Positions 53,603-61,764 of a stretch of DNA of 64,000 bases are shown in pieces; the first letter of the stretch is position 1, and the number at the start of each line of letters is the position of its first letter. Below the pieces are notes generated by a model. It had not been told where the DNA came from, ran no database searches, and saw only the letters and a list, made by a program, of their open reading frames with translations. The translations under genes and the position numbers were made by a program. The DNA lies in the IMG/VR virus record IMGVR_UViG_3300007513_000001, positions 1 through 64,000 of that record; one strand, 5' to 3'.

Positions 53603-54252
53603 AAATTACAAAATGCCAGCTTAGAAATATTATTAGAGAATCTCTTCTTACCGAAGGCGAAATGCAAGATATTATCGTCAACTCGTACGAAGATGTAGAG
53701 ATATACAACATTCTTGCAAATTATGCTCTCGTCAATGATATTCAAGGCGCGCTTGCCGACCCTGAAATAAAACCTTATGTTGAAAAGAATGAAGTGGGGT
53801 GGATATCTGATGAAGCCGGTGGGTGGTTCGAAAACGTTGGAGAGTACGATGAGATGCCGGCACCAGAAGGTTGGGACAGCCAAAAGGCGTACAAGTTCTT
53901 AAGAGATCTGGAGGATGCAGCTTGGAAAGTATACAACAAGCAGGCGAAGGCAGCCATTGCTGGTGATCCAGACAAGGAGTTCTTGGAATTCTTAGGTAAC
54001 GAGTGGACTAGCATGATCGAACCCAATGACTTGTCAGACATCAAGTGGAAAGAGTACAAAAAGTACATTCGACTTAAGCCGCCCCGTTCTATATCTCATG
54101 GTGTTGGAGAGATCAATGTTTCAAAAGAAAATATTAATGCTCTATATCCAGGTGCTTACGATGACTTTATAGACTTTTTAACTACACGTACAGGTGGACA
54201 GCTCGGAAGGCGCAAGCCATACAAGAGATCACCGGCGCCATACTACGATTGA
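53599..54252 (+). CDS. MKITKRQL-leader family protein
   Basis: MKITKCQLRNIIRESLLTE. Confidence 0.75.
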   Translation: MKITKCQLRNIIRESLLTEGEMQDIIVNSYEDVEIYNILANYALVNDIQGALADPEIKPYVEKNEVGWISDEAGGWFENVGEYDEMPAPEGWDSQKAYKFLRDLEDAAWKVYNKQAKAAIAGDPDKEFLEFLGNEWTSMIEPNDLSDIKWKEYKKYIRLKPPRSISHGVGEINVSKENINALYPGAYDDFIDFLTTRTGGQLGRRKPYKRSPAPYYD

Positions 54253-54259
54253 GATACAG

Positions 54260-54709
54260 ATGAAAATTACTAAAAGACAGCTTCGAGGAATCGTCAGAAA
54301 AACCTTATTAGAAAATGCTACAGCTGATGAGCTTCGAAAAATTGAACTGCTTTGGTGGAGTGATGAAGCTGGAGGGTATTCTAACAGAGATCAAGCCAGG
54401 ATGATTATCAACACCCTGGGTGTCAACCCTAGACTTTTAAAGATTTGGACTATAATACTTCCTTGGGGAGAGATTTATGAGCCATGGACATTTTACGGTG
54501 GACCAGAAGAGGGTGAAGCTGGATTTAGAGTAGATGATGTCAACAGAATTCTTGACTACTTTAATTCTGAAAACGAGATTCAATTAACTGCTACATTTCA
54601 CAACAAGACAGGTCATGTAGAGTTAGATACTCCATCCCATTTAGACCAGGGCACCAGCTATGATATTTCTGATGGGATAGAAAAAGCCGCTTTTGAGACT
54701 GCAGAATAA
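54260..54709 (+). CDS. MKITKRQL-leader family protein
   Basis: MKITKRQLRGIVRKTLLE. Confidence 0.75.
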   Translation: MKITKRQLRGIVRKTLLENATADELRKIELLWWSDEAGGYSNRDQARMIINTLGVNPRLLKIWTIILPWGEIYEPWTFYGGPEEGEAGFRVDDVNRILDYFNSENEIQLTATFHNKTGHVELDTPSHLDQGTSYDISDGIEKAAFETAE

Positions 54710-54950
54710 AGCCGTCAGAAGCTACTCGATATATTCTTTATTTTAATTGATGAGACTTACATTTATAATAGCGGAGAACAACGAAAGACATTCTGTTAAA
54801 CTATAAGGATATTCTGTGGATAGTTCCGCTAAAAAAGTATATTTATAAAAACGATATCTAGAATATCGCATTGTTCTAAATCGGTGTTCAATTTAAACTA
54901 AAAAAATAATAACGATAAAGAGACTTGATATATAGTCTCAGAGGTGTTAA

Positions 54951-55409
54951 ATGAAACTTTCTAAAAGACAATTAAGAAAATTAATTAAAGAAGCTTGCGG
55001 CGATGTTGTCGACGCAGCTACAGAGCCAGTTGCTTTAGATTTAGCCCTAGAGCCAACTCCAGCCGTAGTAGAATCTACAGCTCCAGAACAAGACTTAATG
55101 GTCGAGATGGAAGTCGCGCAAAGAGCGCTAGAGCAAGTTGTAGAATCTGTTCAAAATGCTGCTCACTTGTGCCATGATTGTGTTCCTGAAGTCGCAGCTC
55201 AAGCGCCGCTAATGGAAGCAATGGTTGCACAAGCTGTAGCGCTTCAAGAAACTCTTGAGGCACAGACACTAGTTGTTGCAGAGTCTGCTGAAGATACCCC
55301 TCTTTTGGACGCTGTTGGAGATGCTGCTGAAATTGTGGCAGATGCAATGGAAGAGACTCCAAGGAGAGCTGGCGTTACGCTTGGGTTCAACGGTCCAGGG
55401 TTTATGTAA
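54951..55409 (+). CDS. MKITKRQL-leader family protein
   Basis: MKLSKRQLRKLIKEA; very acidic, CHDC. Confidence 0.75.
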   Translation: MKLSKRQLRKLIKEACGDVVDAATEPVALDLALEPTPAVVESTAPEQDLMVEMEVAQRALEQVVESVQNAAHLCHDCVPEVAAQAPLMEAMVAQAVALQETLEAQTLVVAESAEDTPLLDAVGDAAEIVADAMEETPRRAGVTLGFNGPGFM

Positions 55410-55413
55410 AACA

Positions 55414-55629
55414 ATGAAAATTTCAAAGAGACAGCTTAAAAGAATTATTAGAGAAGAGAAAGCTCGCTTAAGCGAACTTGGTATTGACCGTCAGTCTGGT
55501 CAAGAACTGTATGCTGATCTAACCGACGCGCAACAGTTGGCATTAATTAATTTGCGGCGTGCAGTAGACGAATGTGTTGCCGTCGGAGTTTCTGAGGCTG
55601 ATATGATAGACACATTTAAATCGAGGTAG
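55414..55629 (+). CDS. MKITKRQL-leader family protein
   Basis: MKISKRQLKRIIREE. Confidence 0.75.
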   Translation: MKISKRQLKRIIREEKARLSELGIDRQSGQELYADLTDAQQLALINLRRAVDECVAVGVSEADMIDTFKSR

Positions 55630-55633
55630 TGTT

Positions 55634-56239
55634 GTGAAAATCACAAAAAGACAATTAAGAAGAATTATTAGAGAAGAATCACACGAGTTTGGCGGTGGAG
55701 CTCACGAATATAAGCGGGATGATGGTCACCGCACGGGAGATGTAGCTGGCCACTATAAAGATTATGAGGGCGACTGGGGCGGTGATGCAGGCGATGATTC
55801 AAAAACAGACCCTGGCCATAAAGATTATGACGATGTACACCACAAAGCAAAAGCCGCAGTTGCAGCGATTCAAGACCTGGCCGCATCGGCTGGAGTAAGC
55901 ATGGATATGGATGTTGACGGTAAAGATTTAGATCCCGCAGCTTCTGATGGCGACCTAGCGCTGGCTTTAGAACGACGCATTCGCACTCGTAGACTCGCAC
56001 GAAAGATGATTAGAGAAGAAAAGAGAAAGCTTAGAAGAAGACTCTATGAAGACAGCATAGATGATGAATTAGATAATCTTCATAAAAACATTGGAAATGA
56101 TATCGATCACATCAAAGATCTTAAAGATGATATCAAAGATGAAAAAGAAGAAGAGCACAGGGCTGAATTAGAAAAAGAACGCAAAGATGAATCGTTAAGA
56201 CGTTTTATTAGAAAAGAAGTAAAACGCATTAGAGGATAA
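55634..56239 (+). CDS. MKITKRQL-leader family protein with internal leader-like motifs
   Basis: MKITKRQLRRIIREE; LARKMIREE; LRRFIRKE. Confidence 0.75.
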   Translation: MKITKRQLRRIIREESHEFGGGAHEYKRDDGHRTGDVAGHYKDYEGDWGGDAGDDSKTDPGHKDYDDVHHKAKAAVAAIQDLAASAGVSMDMDVDGKDLDPAASDGDLALALERRIRTRRLARKMIREEKRKLRRRLYEDSIDDELDNLHKNIGNDIDHIKDLKDDIKDEKEEEHRAELEKERKDESLRRFIRKEVKRIRG

Positions 56240-56240
56240 T

Positions 56241-56582
56241 ATGTTCACCCAAAAAGACTTAGTTCGCATTATTCGTGAAGAGCTTGAAGCTGATCGTAAG
56301 ACTATTCCATCTGGTGAAATAGATGAAGAGGGCCCAGGATCGATTGAAGATGTCGAAGCGAGAGAAAATGTTTGGTCTGGCGGGGATAATCTTTCTATTG
56401 ATGTAGATCAGTCTGAAGCTTCCGGATCTGAGCCGACCACTAAAGAACCAGAAACTATGAAAATTTCTGAGGGTTTAAATAAAGTAGTAAAACAGCTAGA
56501 AATAGCCCAGAGAAAAGGAATCCCACCACAGCCAACGACTCTATTAGAGCTTTATAGACTGCAGGATAAGTTGAAAAAATGA
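56241..56582 (+). CDS. MKITKRQL-leader family protein (divergent leader)
   Basis: MFTQKDLVRIIREE. Confidence 0.7.
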   Translation: MFTQKDLVRIIREELEADRKTIPSGEIDEEGPGSIEDVEARENVWSGGDNLSIDVDQSEASGSEPTTKEPETMKISEGLNKVVKQLEIAQRKGIPPQPTTLLELYRLQDKLKK

Positions 56583-56953
56583 AAATCACAAGAAAACAAC
56601 TGAGAAGAATTATTCGAGAAAGTAAAATCTTGAAAGAGCAGCCCATATCGGGAGAACAAGCTGCTGAAATGCAGGCAGCGCAAGAGAGACATTGGCCAAG
56701 GGTGGAATGGAACGATGCTGCTGATTTAGCAGATAAATGGGCTGACATGGAAGAAAAGTCTTTTGATAAAGGTGACCCTTCGATGACAAAAAACGGAGAG
56801 TTGACAGCCGCTGAAGCTAAAGAGTGGTGGAATTCTCAAGTAGAAAACGCCATGATAGACATGGAGGCTGCGTTAACAGATAGAGTTCGTAAAATAGCTT
56901 TAGAAACTATGCAAGAATATAGCTTGATGTTAGATAATGGAGATTTTGCGTAA
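56579..56953 (+). CDS. MKITKRQL-leader family protein
   Basis: MKITRKQLRRIIRES; ends LDNGDF. Confidence 0.75.
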   Translation: MKITRKQLRRIIRESKILKEQPISGEQAAEMQAAQERHWPRVEWNDAADLADKWADMEEKSFDKGDPSMTKNGELTAAEAKEWWNSQVENAMIDMEAALTDRVRKIALETMQEYSLMLDNGDFA

Positions 56954-56990
56954 AGTTTAAAATTCATATTCTTGTATTATAATTGCAATT

Positions 56991-57491
56991 ATGAAGATTT
57001 TTACTGAAAAATTATCCCGTAAAAGCTACTATATGGGTCCAATTGAAATCAAAACCAGCACTATTGAAGGTGCTGGTTTTGGTGTTTTTGCTAAAGAAAA
57101 AATAAAAAAACGCCAACTTATTGAAAGGTGTCCGGTAATACTATTTGATAGATGGATTTTTCAGCTTTATGAACAAAGTAGAGAACACGGCCATATTTTA
57201 AGTGAATATATTTTTAGATGGCCCGGTGGAAGAAATGTAGCTTTGGCAATGGGGTATGGCGGAATGTTTAATCATTCCGAAGAGGCCAACGCTAAATGGA
57301 CATACACTGTAACAGAAGGAAAATTAGTTAAGGACGGCATATCAGAACTCGGGCCGTTTAACTGCTTGAATTTTTATACAAGAAAAGATATTGAAGCTGG
57401 CGAAGAATTATTCATAGATTATGGCATAAAAAGTGAGTTCGGCTTAAACGATAATATTAATCATGATTCTATAAGAAGAACTATATTTTAG
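56991..57491 (+). CDS. SET-domain protein (lysine methyltransferase-like)
   Basis: GAGFGVFA; MFNHS; GEELFIDYG. Confidence 0.85.
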   Translation: MKIFTEKLSRKSYYMGPIEIKTSTIEGAGFGVFAKEKIKKRQLIERCPVILFDRWIFQLYEQSREHGHILSEYIFRWPGGRNVALAMGYGGMFNHSEEANAKWTYTVTEGKLVKDGISELGPFNCLNFYTRKDIEAGEELFIDYGIKSEFGLNDNINHDSIRRTIF

Positions 57492-57536
57492 CATGTTGAG
57501 CCGCTGTATACTTAGTTACGGTACAGCGGTGAAAAT

Positions 57537-57761
57537 ATGTCTCTCAACAAAGCCCTTCAAGTGGGCGATTTAGTGTATGTGAAAAGTCAAGAAAATAGTG
57601 CTATAGCACCACTTTTACCTAATAAAGAAGGTGGATTTGGAATTGTAGTTAATATTAAACCGACTAGAATTTTTCCGTCTGAAAAGAAATCAGAGCTATA
57701 TGGAATTTTTATTAAAGGAAAAATTCAAGACTTACTAAGCGAAAGTATAAATAAAGTTTAA
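57537..57761 (+). CDS. SH3/KOW-like miniprotein (MKVGDLV family)
   Basis: LQVGDLVYV...GIVV. Confidence 0.6.
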   Translation: MSLNKALQVGDLVYVKSQENSAIAPLLPNKEGGFGIVVNIKPTRIFPSEKKSELYGIFIKGKIQDLLSESINKV

Positions 57762-57803
57762 CATAGATATTTAATAAAGAAGAACCACACGGAGTTTTAT
57801 TCT

Positions 57804-58076
57804 ATGCTTATCAAAAAGAAAAAATTAAAGAAAATAATTCGAGAATCAATGCAGTTTATAAAAGAATCTCATGAAGCTCCGTGCCCTATAGCCACCGCAA
57901 ACCAATTACATGCGGCTGGGTATAGCCAAGAAGAAGTAAATCAGTTTGTTAATTCTCTATTAAATCAATATCAATCTAATAAACAAAAAGATTTTGAACC
58001 AACCAGAAGTAAAGGTTATGTTTCTAGTCCCAACAGGGGCGGAATTATTGGCGGACTCGGGTTTGGGGGATTTTAA
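57804..58076 (+). CDS. MKITKRQL-leader family protein (divergent leader)
   Basis: MLIKKKKLKKIIRES...IKES. Confidence 0.7.
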   Translation: MLIKKKKLKKIIRESMQFIKESHEAPCPIATANQLHAAGYSQEEVNQFVNSLLNQYQSNKQKDFEPTRSKGYVSSPNRGGIIGGLGFGGF

Positions 58077-58077
58077 A

Positions 58078-58320
58078 ATGGCGGTGTTTTGGAGATCTAA
58101 ACTTATACCAGCGCAATATAGAAGTTGGATAGACCAGCAATTTACAAAAACCCTCAGCACTAAACCTGGAGTTGGTAATGGCACCGATGCAAAAGCAGCT
58201 ATTGAAGACATGGTAAAAGATTTTAAGAAAACTCATGCTATAGAAAACAACAAAGAAGTCGAAGAAGTCGAAGAAGTCGAAGAAGTCGAAGAAGTCGAAG
58301 AAGTCGAAGATAAAGAATAA
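58078..58320 (+). CDS. hypothetical protein with EVE tandem repeat
   Basis: ATG after upstream stop. Confidence 0.55.
   Translation: MAVFWRSKLIPAQYRSWIDQQFTKTLSTKPGVGNGTDAKAAIEDMVKDFKKTHAIENNKEVEEVEEVEEVEEVEEVEDKE
58255..58308 (+). repeat. 9-bp tandem repeat GAAGTCGAA x6
   Basis: Directly visible; encodes (EVE)6. Confidence 0.9.
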
Positions 58321-58641
58321 ATGTCTAACTCTTTATTATTGGTGAGAGATTATATTTCTTTTATTTTAAAAGAAGTTATCGGGCCCGAGCAGGAAGTCGG
58401 GTTTGGAAAAAACTACCACACTTTAGATCCAAAACCTATCACTTGGGAAAATTATCCTGGGCTAAATTTCGATATATCTGCAGATCCGGATGGCACTTAT
58501 TGGGCTTCTGTAAGCGTTGAAAAAAGACCAGAGCTATCGACACCCACTAGAAACTTTGCTGATGAGACCACAGCTATGGCTTGGATAAGAGGTCAATATG
58601 ACCAATTGCATCGAGTTTTAATGAACTCTGAAGCCAAATAG
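58321..58641 (+). CDS. protein with MNLLREYI-type leader
   Basis: LLVRDYISFILKEV. Confidence 0.6.
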   Translation: MSNSLLLVRDYISFILKEVIGPEQEVGFGKNYHTLDPKPITWENYPGLNFDISADPDGTYWASVSVEKRPELSTPTRNFADETTAMAWIRGQYDQLHRVLMNSEAK

Positions 58642-59370
58642 AACTTCCCAGCCGTATAAGAATTCAGCAACCTCTTCATGCGTAGTTGCTATCCCGATAT
58701 TGTCGTTTCCATAGACGGCTGAATGAATCAACCCTATTATTTCAAAGTTTTCATTAAGAATAGCTGCGCCCGATGACCCACTTTGAGTTGGAATTGTGTA
58801 TATATCATCTCTATCTAAAACATCGTTAATCTTTCCAGAATATACACCTTCAAAAATAGGAACCATCCCAGGAGAAAAGAATCCACCGGGTGCAGCTAAA
58901 GAATAAGCTCGGTCTCCAATTTCTGGAGGAGTTGACGAGATCTCTACTGGAGAAGTCCAAGAACCCTCAACTTTTAAAATACACAAATCTTTAGCTGGGT
59001 CGTTATAAATCATGTCAGCAGCCCTAGTTTCTCCAAAGTAGTCTATTATTGAATTTACTAATAGAGTTTCATCTCCATAAAGCTGTATTACGCTGTCGTA
59101 AAAAGGTGGTATACAAACATGATTAGCGGTTAACACATAAGTATAAGAGTTGTCGACATGAAACACTATTCCTGAACCCACAGCTCCAATAGTGTTGGAG
59201 TTGTTTTCTGCAAATAATAAAACTTCTGTTTCTACTTGCGCAAAAGCATCTACTGGCAGATAAGCAGCATCTAGTTTTTTTAAACTTCTAAGTTGTTTTC
59301 CGTGCATCCATATAATGCCGGTCATCATAAAAATCGTAGTCAGCCATAAGATGCGTGTAAGAGACTTCAT
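58618..59370 (-). CDS. trypsin-like serine protease
   Basis: LTANHV, DLCILKV, GSSG catalytic triad; N-terminal TM. Confidence 0.85.
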   Translation of the reverse strand: MKSLTRILWLTTIFMMTGIIWMHGKQLRSLKKLDAAYLPVDAFAQVETEVLLFAENNSNTIGAVGSGIVFHVDNSYTYVLTANHVCIPPFYDSVIQLYGDETLLVNSIIDYFGETRAADMIYNDPAKDLCILKVEGSWTSPVEISSTPPEIGDRAYSLAAPGGFFSPGMVPIFEGVYSGKINDVLDRDDIYTIPTQSGSSGAAILNENFEIIGLIHSAVYGNDNIGIATTHEEVAEFLYGWEVLFGFRVH

Positions 59371-59425
59371 AAAATTAAATATCAACTTAGATGCTTAAGG
59401 AGCAAAATTTTGTTTTTAGCGCATA

Positions 59426-60457
59426 TTAAAATGGTTTAACCTTATTATACTCGATAGACAAAAGCTGTCTATCGGCATCATGAGCGCTAGTCCAGCTTGT
59501 GCCGAGGTTCGAAGTATATGAAATTCCTGAATCTTTTCCACACACTACTGCTATAGTTCCATCTGTGGCAATACCCATTACTTGCCCTACGCCTGTGGGT
59601 CTTGTAACTTTTGACCATGAAGCACAGTTGTCTGTAGATTTCCAAACGTCAGACGCTCTTGAAAGTAACCAGTCGTTTCCAGACACGTGGCAAACTGCCC
59701 ACGTCGACTGGTTGCTGATAGTAATAGAGTTCCACGTATCTAGAGTATCGCTGTCTGAGATAGAGGTAGCATAATGGGGGTGGGTGCCATTGTTAGTTTT
59801 TAACCAGACACCGTTATTATATTCGATTCTATTCCCTCTCTCTTCATGGGAGACATACCACGTAAGTCCGTCGTCATGGGATTTTATAGTTTTAGAAGCG
59901 CCACCGATTAACCACAGGCCGGCGCCGTCCGTAGCTACGCTTAGGTTAACGCCAACGCCAGTTAGCCCAGTACTTATTTCAGTCCAAGTTACACCCCCAT
60001 TAGTTGATCTCTGAACTGTGCCACTTGGGTTTTTGTTTCTTGACGCTATCCATGTTCCATTAGCTCCGTATTCTGTGGCTCGAGTTTTATGCGTAGTAGT
60101 AAAATTAACTGCTGACCAGTCATCTGCATCGGTAGTGGGATCAGACGCAACATACAGCTCCGGATCAGCAATGCCTGTTGATATTACCCACATATCATCG
60201 TTGTTACCGTCCTTTCCGAATGATAGATCCCAATAATCTACTGACGTGCCAACTGGTACACGATACTCGCTCCAACTAACAGCATCTGTTGAGTGACAAA
60301 CAGTGCCATCTCTACCGATAGCAACCCAAAGTGGATCATGAGCTGGTCCCGCTTCGAGAGTTATGCTGTCAACCTTGGCTATATCTTCCTTGTTTTTACC
60401 GGTGAGCTTGACAATATCTGTAAGAGCTTTACCATTTCGCTTATCAATAATAGCCAT
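59426..60457 (-). CDS. BNR/Asp-box beta-propeller protein (likely virion)
   Basis: STNGGVTW, SHDDGLTW, STDNCASW, TSNLGTSW. Confidence 0.7.
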   Translation of the reverse strand: MAIIDKRNGKALTDIVKLTGKNKEDIAKVDSITLEAGPAHDPLWVAIGRDGTVCHSTDAVSWSEYRVPVGTSVDYWDLSFGKDGNNDDMWVISTGIADPELYVASDPTTDADDWSAVNFTTTHKTRATEYGANGTWIASRNKNPSGTVQRSTNGGVTWTEISTGLTGVGVNLSVATDGAGLWLIGGASKTIKSHDDGLTWYVSHEERGNRIEYNNGVWLKTNNGTHPHYATSISDSDTLDTWNSITISNQSTWAVCHVSGNDWLLSRASDVWKSTDNCASWSKVTRPTGVGQVMGIATDGTIAVVCGKDSGISYTSNLGTSWTSAHDADRQLLSIEYNKVKPF

Positions 60458-61701
60458 TATGCTAATTCAATCCAGTTGTTGCTTGGATTAAAATAGATAA
60501 CATTCGCGGTGTCTGTACAGTATCCCACAATACGAACAACTGCTCCAGCCGTGGTGGGAGCGACTGTTGTCATTGATGCCGCCGTTTCACTCATATAAAC
60601 AGCTTTACCTCCAGAAAAAGAGGATAAGTAAGTTGTTGCGTCAAAAAATCCACGAATTAGTATACCGTCTGCTGAGCTTGTACCTAGTGCAATGCCGACC
60701 ATTTGATCGGCACCGGTAGCAGGAGCTGATGCATCAATTTCTGCCCAAGCTGTTCCATTAAGGTAGTATAACTTACCAGCCACTGTTGTGCCCGTACCGA
60801 ATGTAACACATTCTCCGCCACCAGAATCATCGCCTAAAGAAGTAGGGTCGTGATGTACATCTAGACCAGTTTTTGGACTATCTGTCCAGATACCGACTGT
60901 TGATGCAGAACCATCTACTCTTAAAGCGTTAGTTGATCCAACTCTTAGGCATAAATCGTTACTTGCATTTTCTTGTCGAATAAATAAGTGCTCAGCAGAA
61001 TTTAGATAAATACTTGCCGCATCTACTCCTTCATTTTCAAGAACAATTTCTCTTGAATCTCCGTCAGCCTTAGCAATTCTCAGCACCTCTGTTCCAGCAG
61101 AACTAGACAAGTGGGTTGTACCAGCAACGTGAAAAGTGCTGTCAGGTGCAGTTGTTCCAATTCCTACATTCCCATTATTGTCTATGTGCATTCGATCGGC
61201 ACCATTTACGTAAAACCGCAAGTCAGATGTATTACCAGGTTGCCATACATATGCAGAAGCTTCGGTACCGGATTTAAGCTTAAGAGCTGCTTCATACCCA
61301 GCTTCACTTGCAATTTTTATATGTGTGGTACCCGCGCTTTCAACATGGAGGGTGTTGTCTGGCTGGGACGTTCCGATTCCGACTCTATTGTTAACATCAT
61401 CCCAATAAAAATTAGCAGCACCACCGGTGGCACCCCCGTTGTTATACTGAATTTGGGCATCGGAGCCAGCGGGGGCAGCTGTAATTCCTAAATTTCCGAT
61501 TGATACCTGTTTAAGCGCAGAGTCGGTAGCATCCCAAATAAGAAGTCTATCGTTGGTAGTATCGGTTGTCGTTATTGTTGCCTGGCCAGACACAGCTTGA
61601 GCATTAAGCTCTCCAGCTCTAATAGAGCCTGAAGCTATATCTACTGAATCTACTGATTCGTCTCTGATTCCATCTCCAGTAATGGATGTTTTTCTAGGCA
61701 T
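60457..61701 (-). CDS. tail fibre-like protein
   Basis: Repeated VGIGTxxPDxTxHV segments; Gly/Ala/Thr-rich. Confidence 0.7.
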   Translation of the reverse strand: MPRKTSITGDGIRDESVDSVDIASGSIRAGELNAQAVSGQATITTTDTTNDRLLIWDATDSALKQVSIGNLGITAAPAGSDAQIQYNNGGATGGAANFYWDDVNNRVGIGTSQPDNTLHVESAGTTHIKIASEAGYEAALKLKSGTEASAYVWQPGNTSDLRFYVNGADRMHIDNNGNVGIGTTAPDSTFHVAGTTHLSSSAGTEVLRIAKADGDSREIVLENEGVDAASIYLNSAEHLFIRQENASNDLCLRVGSTNALRVDGSASTVGIWTDSPKTGLDVHHDPTSLGDDSGGGECVTFGTGTTVAGKLYYLNGTAWAEIDASAPATGADQMVGIALGTSSADGILIRGFFDATTYLSSFSGGKAVYMSETAASMTTVAPTTAGAVVRIVGYCTDTANVIYFNPSNNWIELA

Positions 61702-61764
61702 TTTTGCTCCTATTGACTATTAAGTATTTGTGAAAAAATCAAATTATATAGTTAAAATATTCAT

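Noticed and set aside
58255-58308. (GAAGTCGAA)6 as a contingency locus
   Set aside because: The in-frame 9-bp unit only changes acidic tail length and cannot switch phase.
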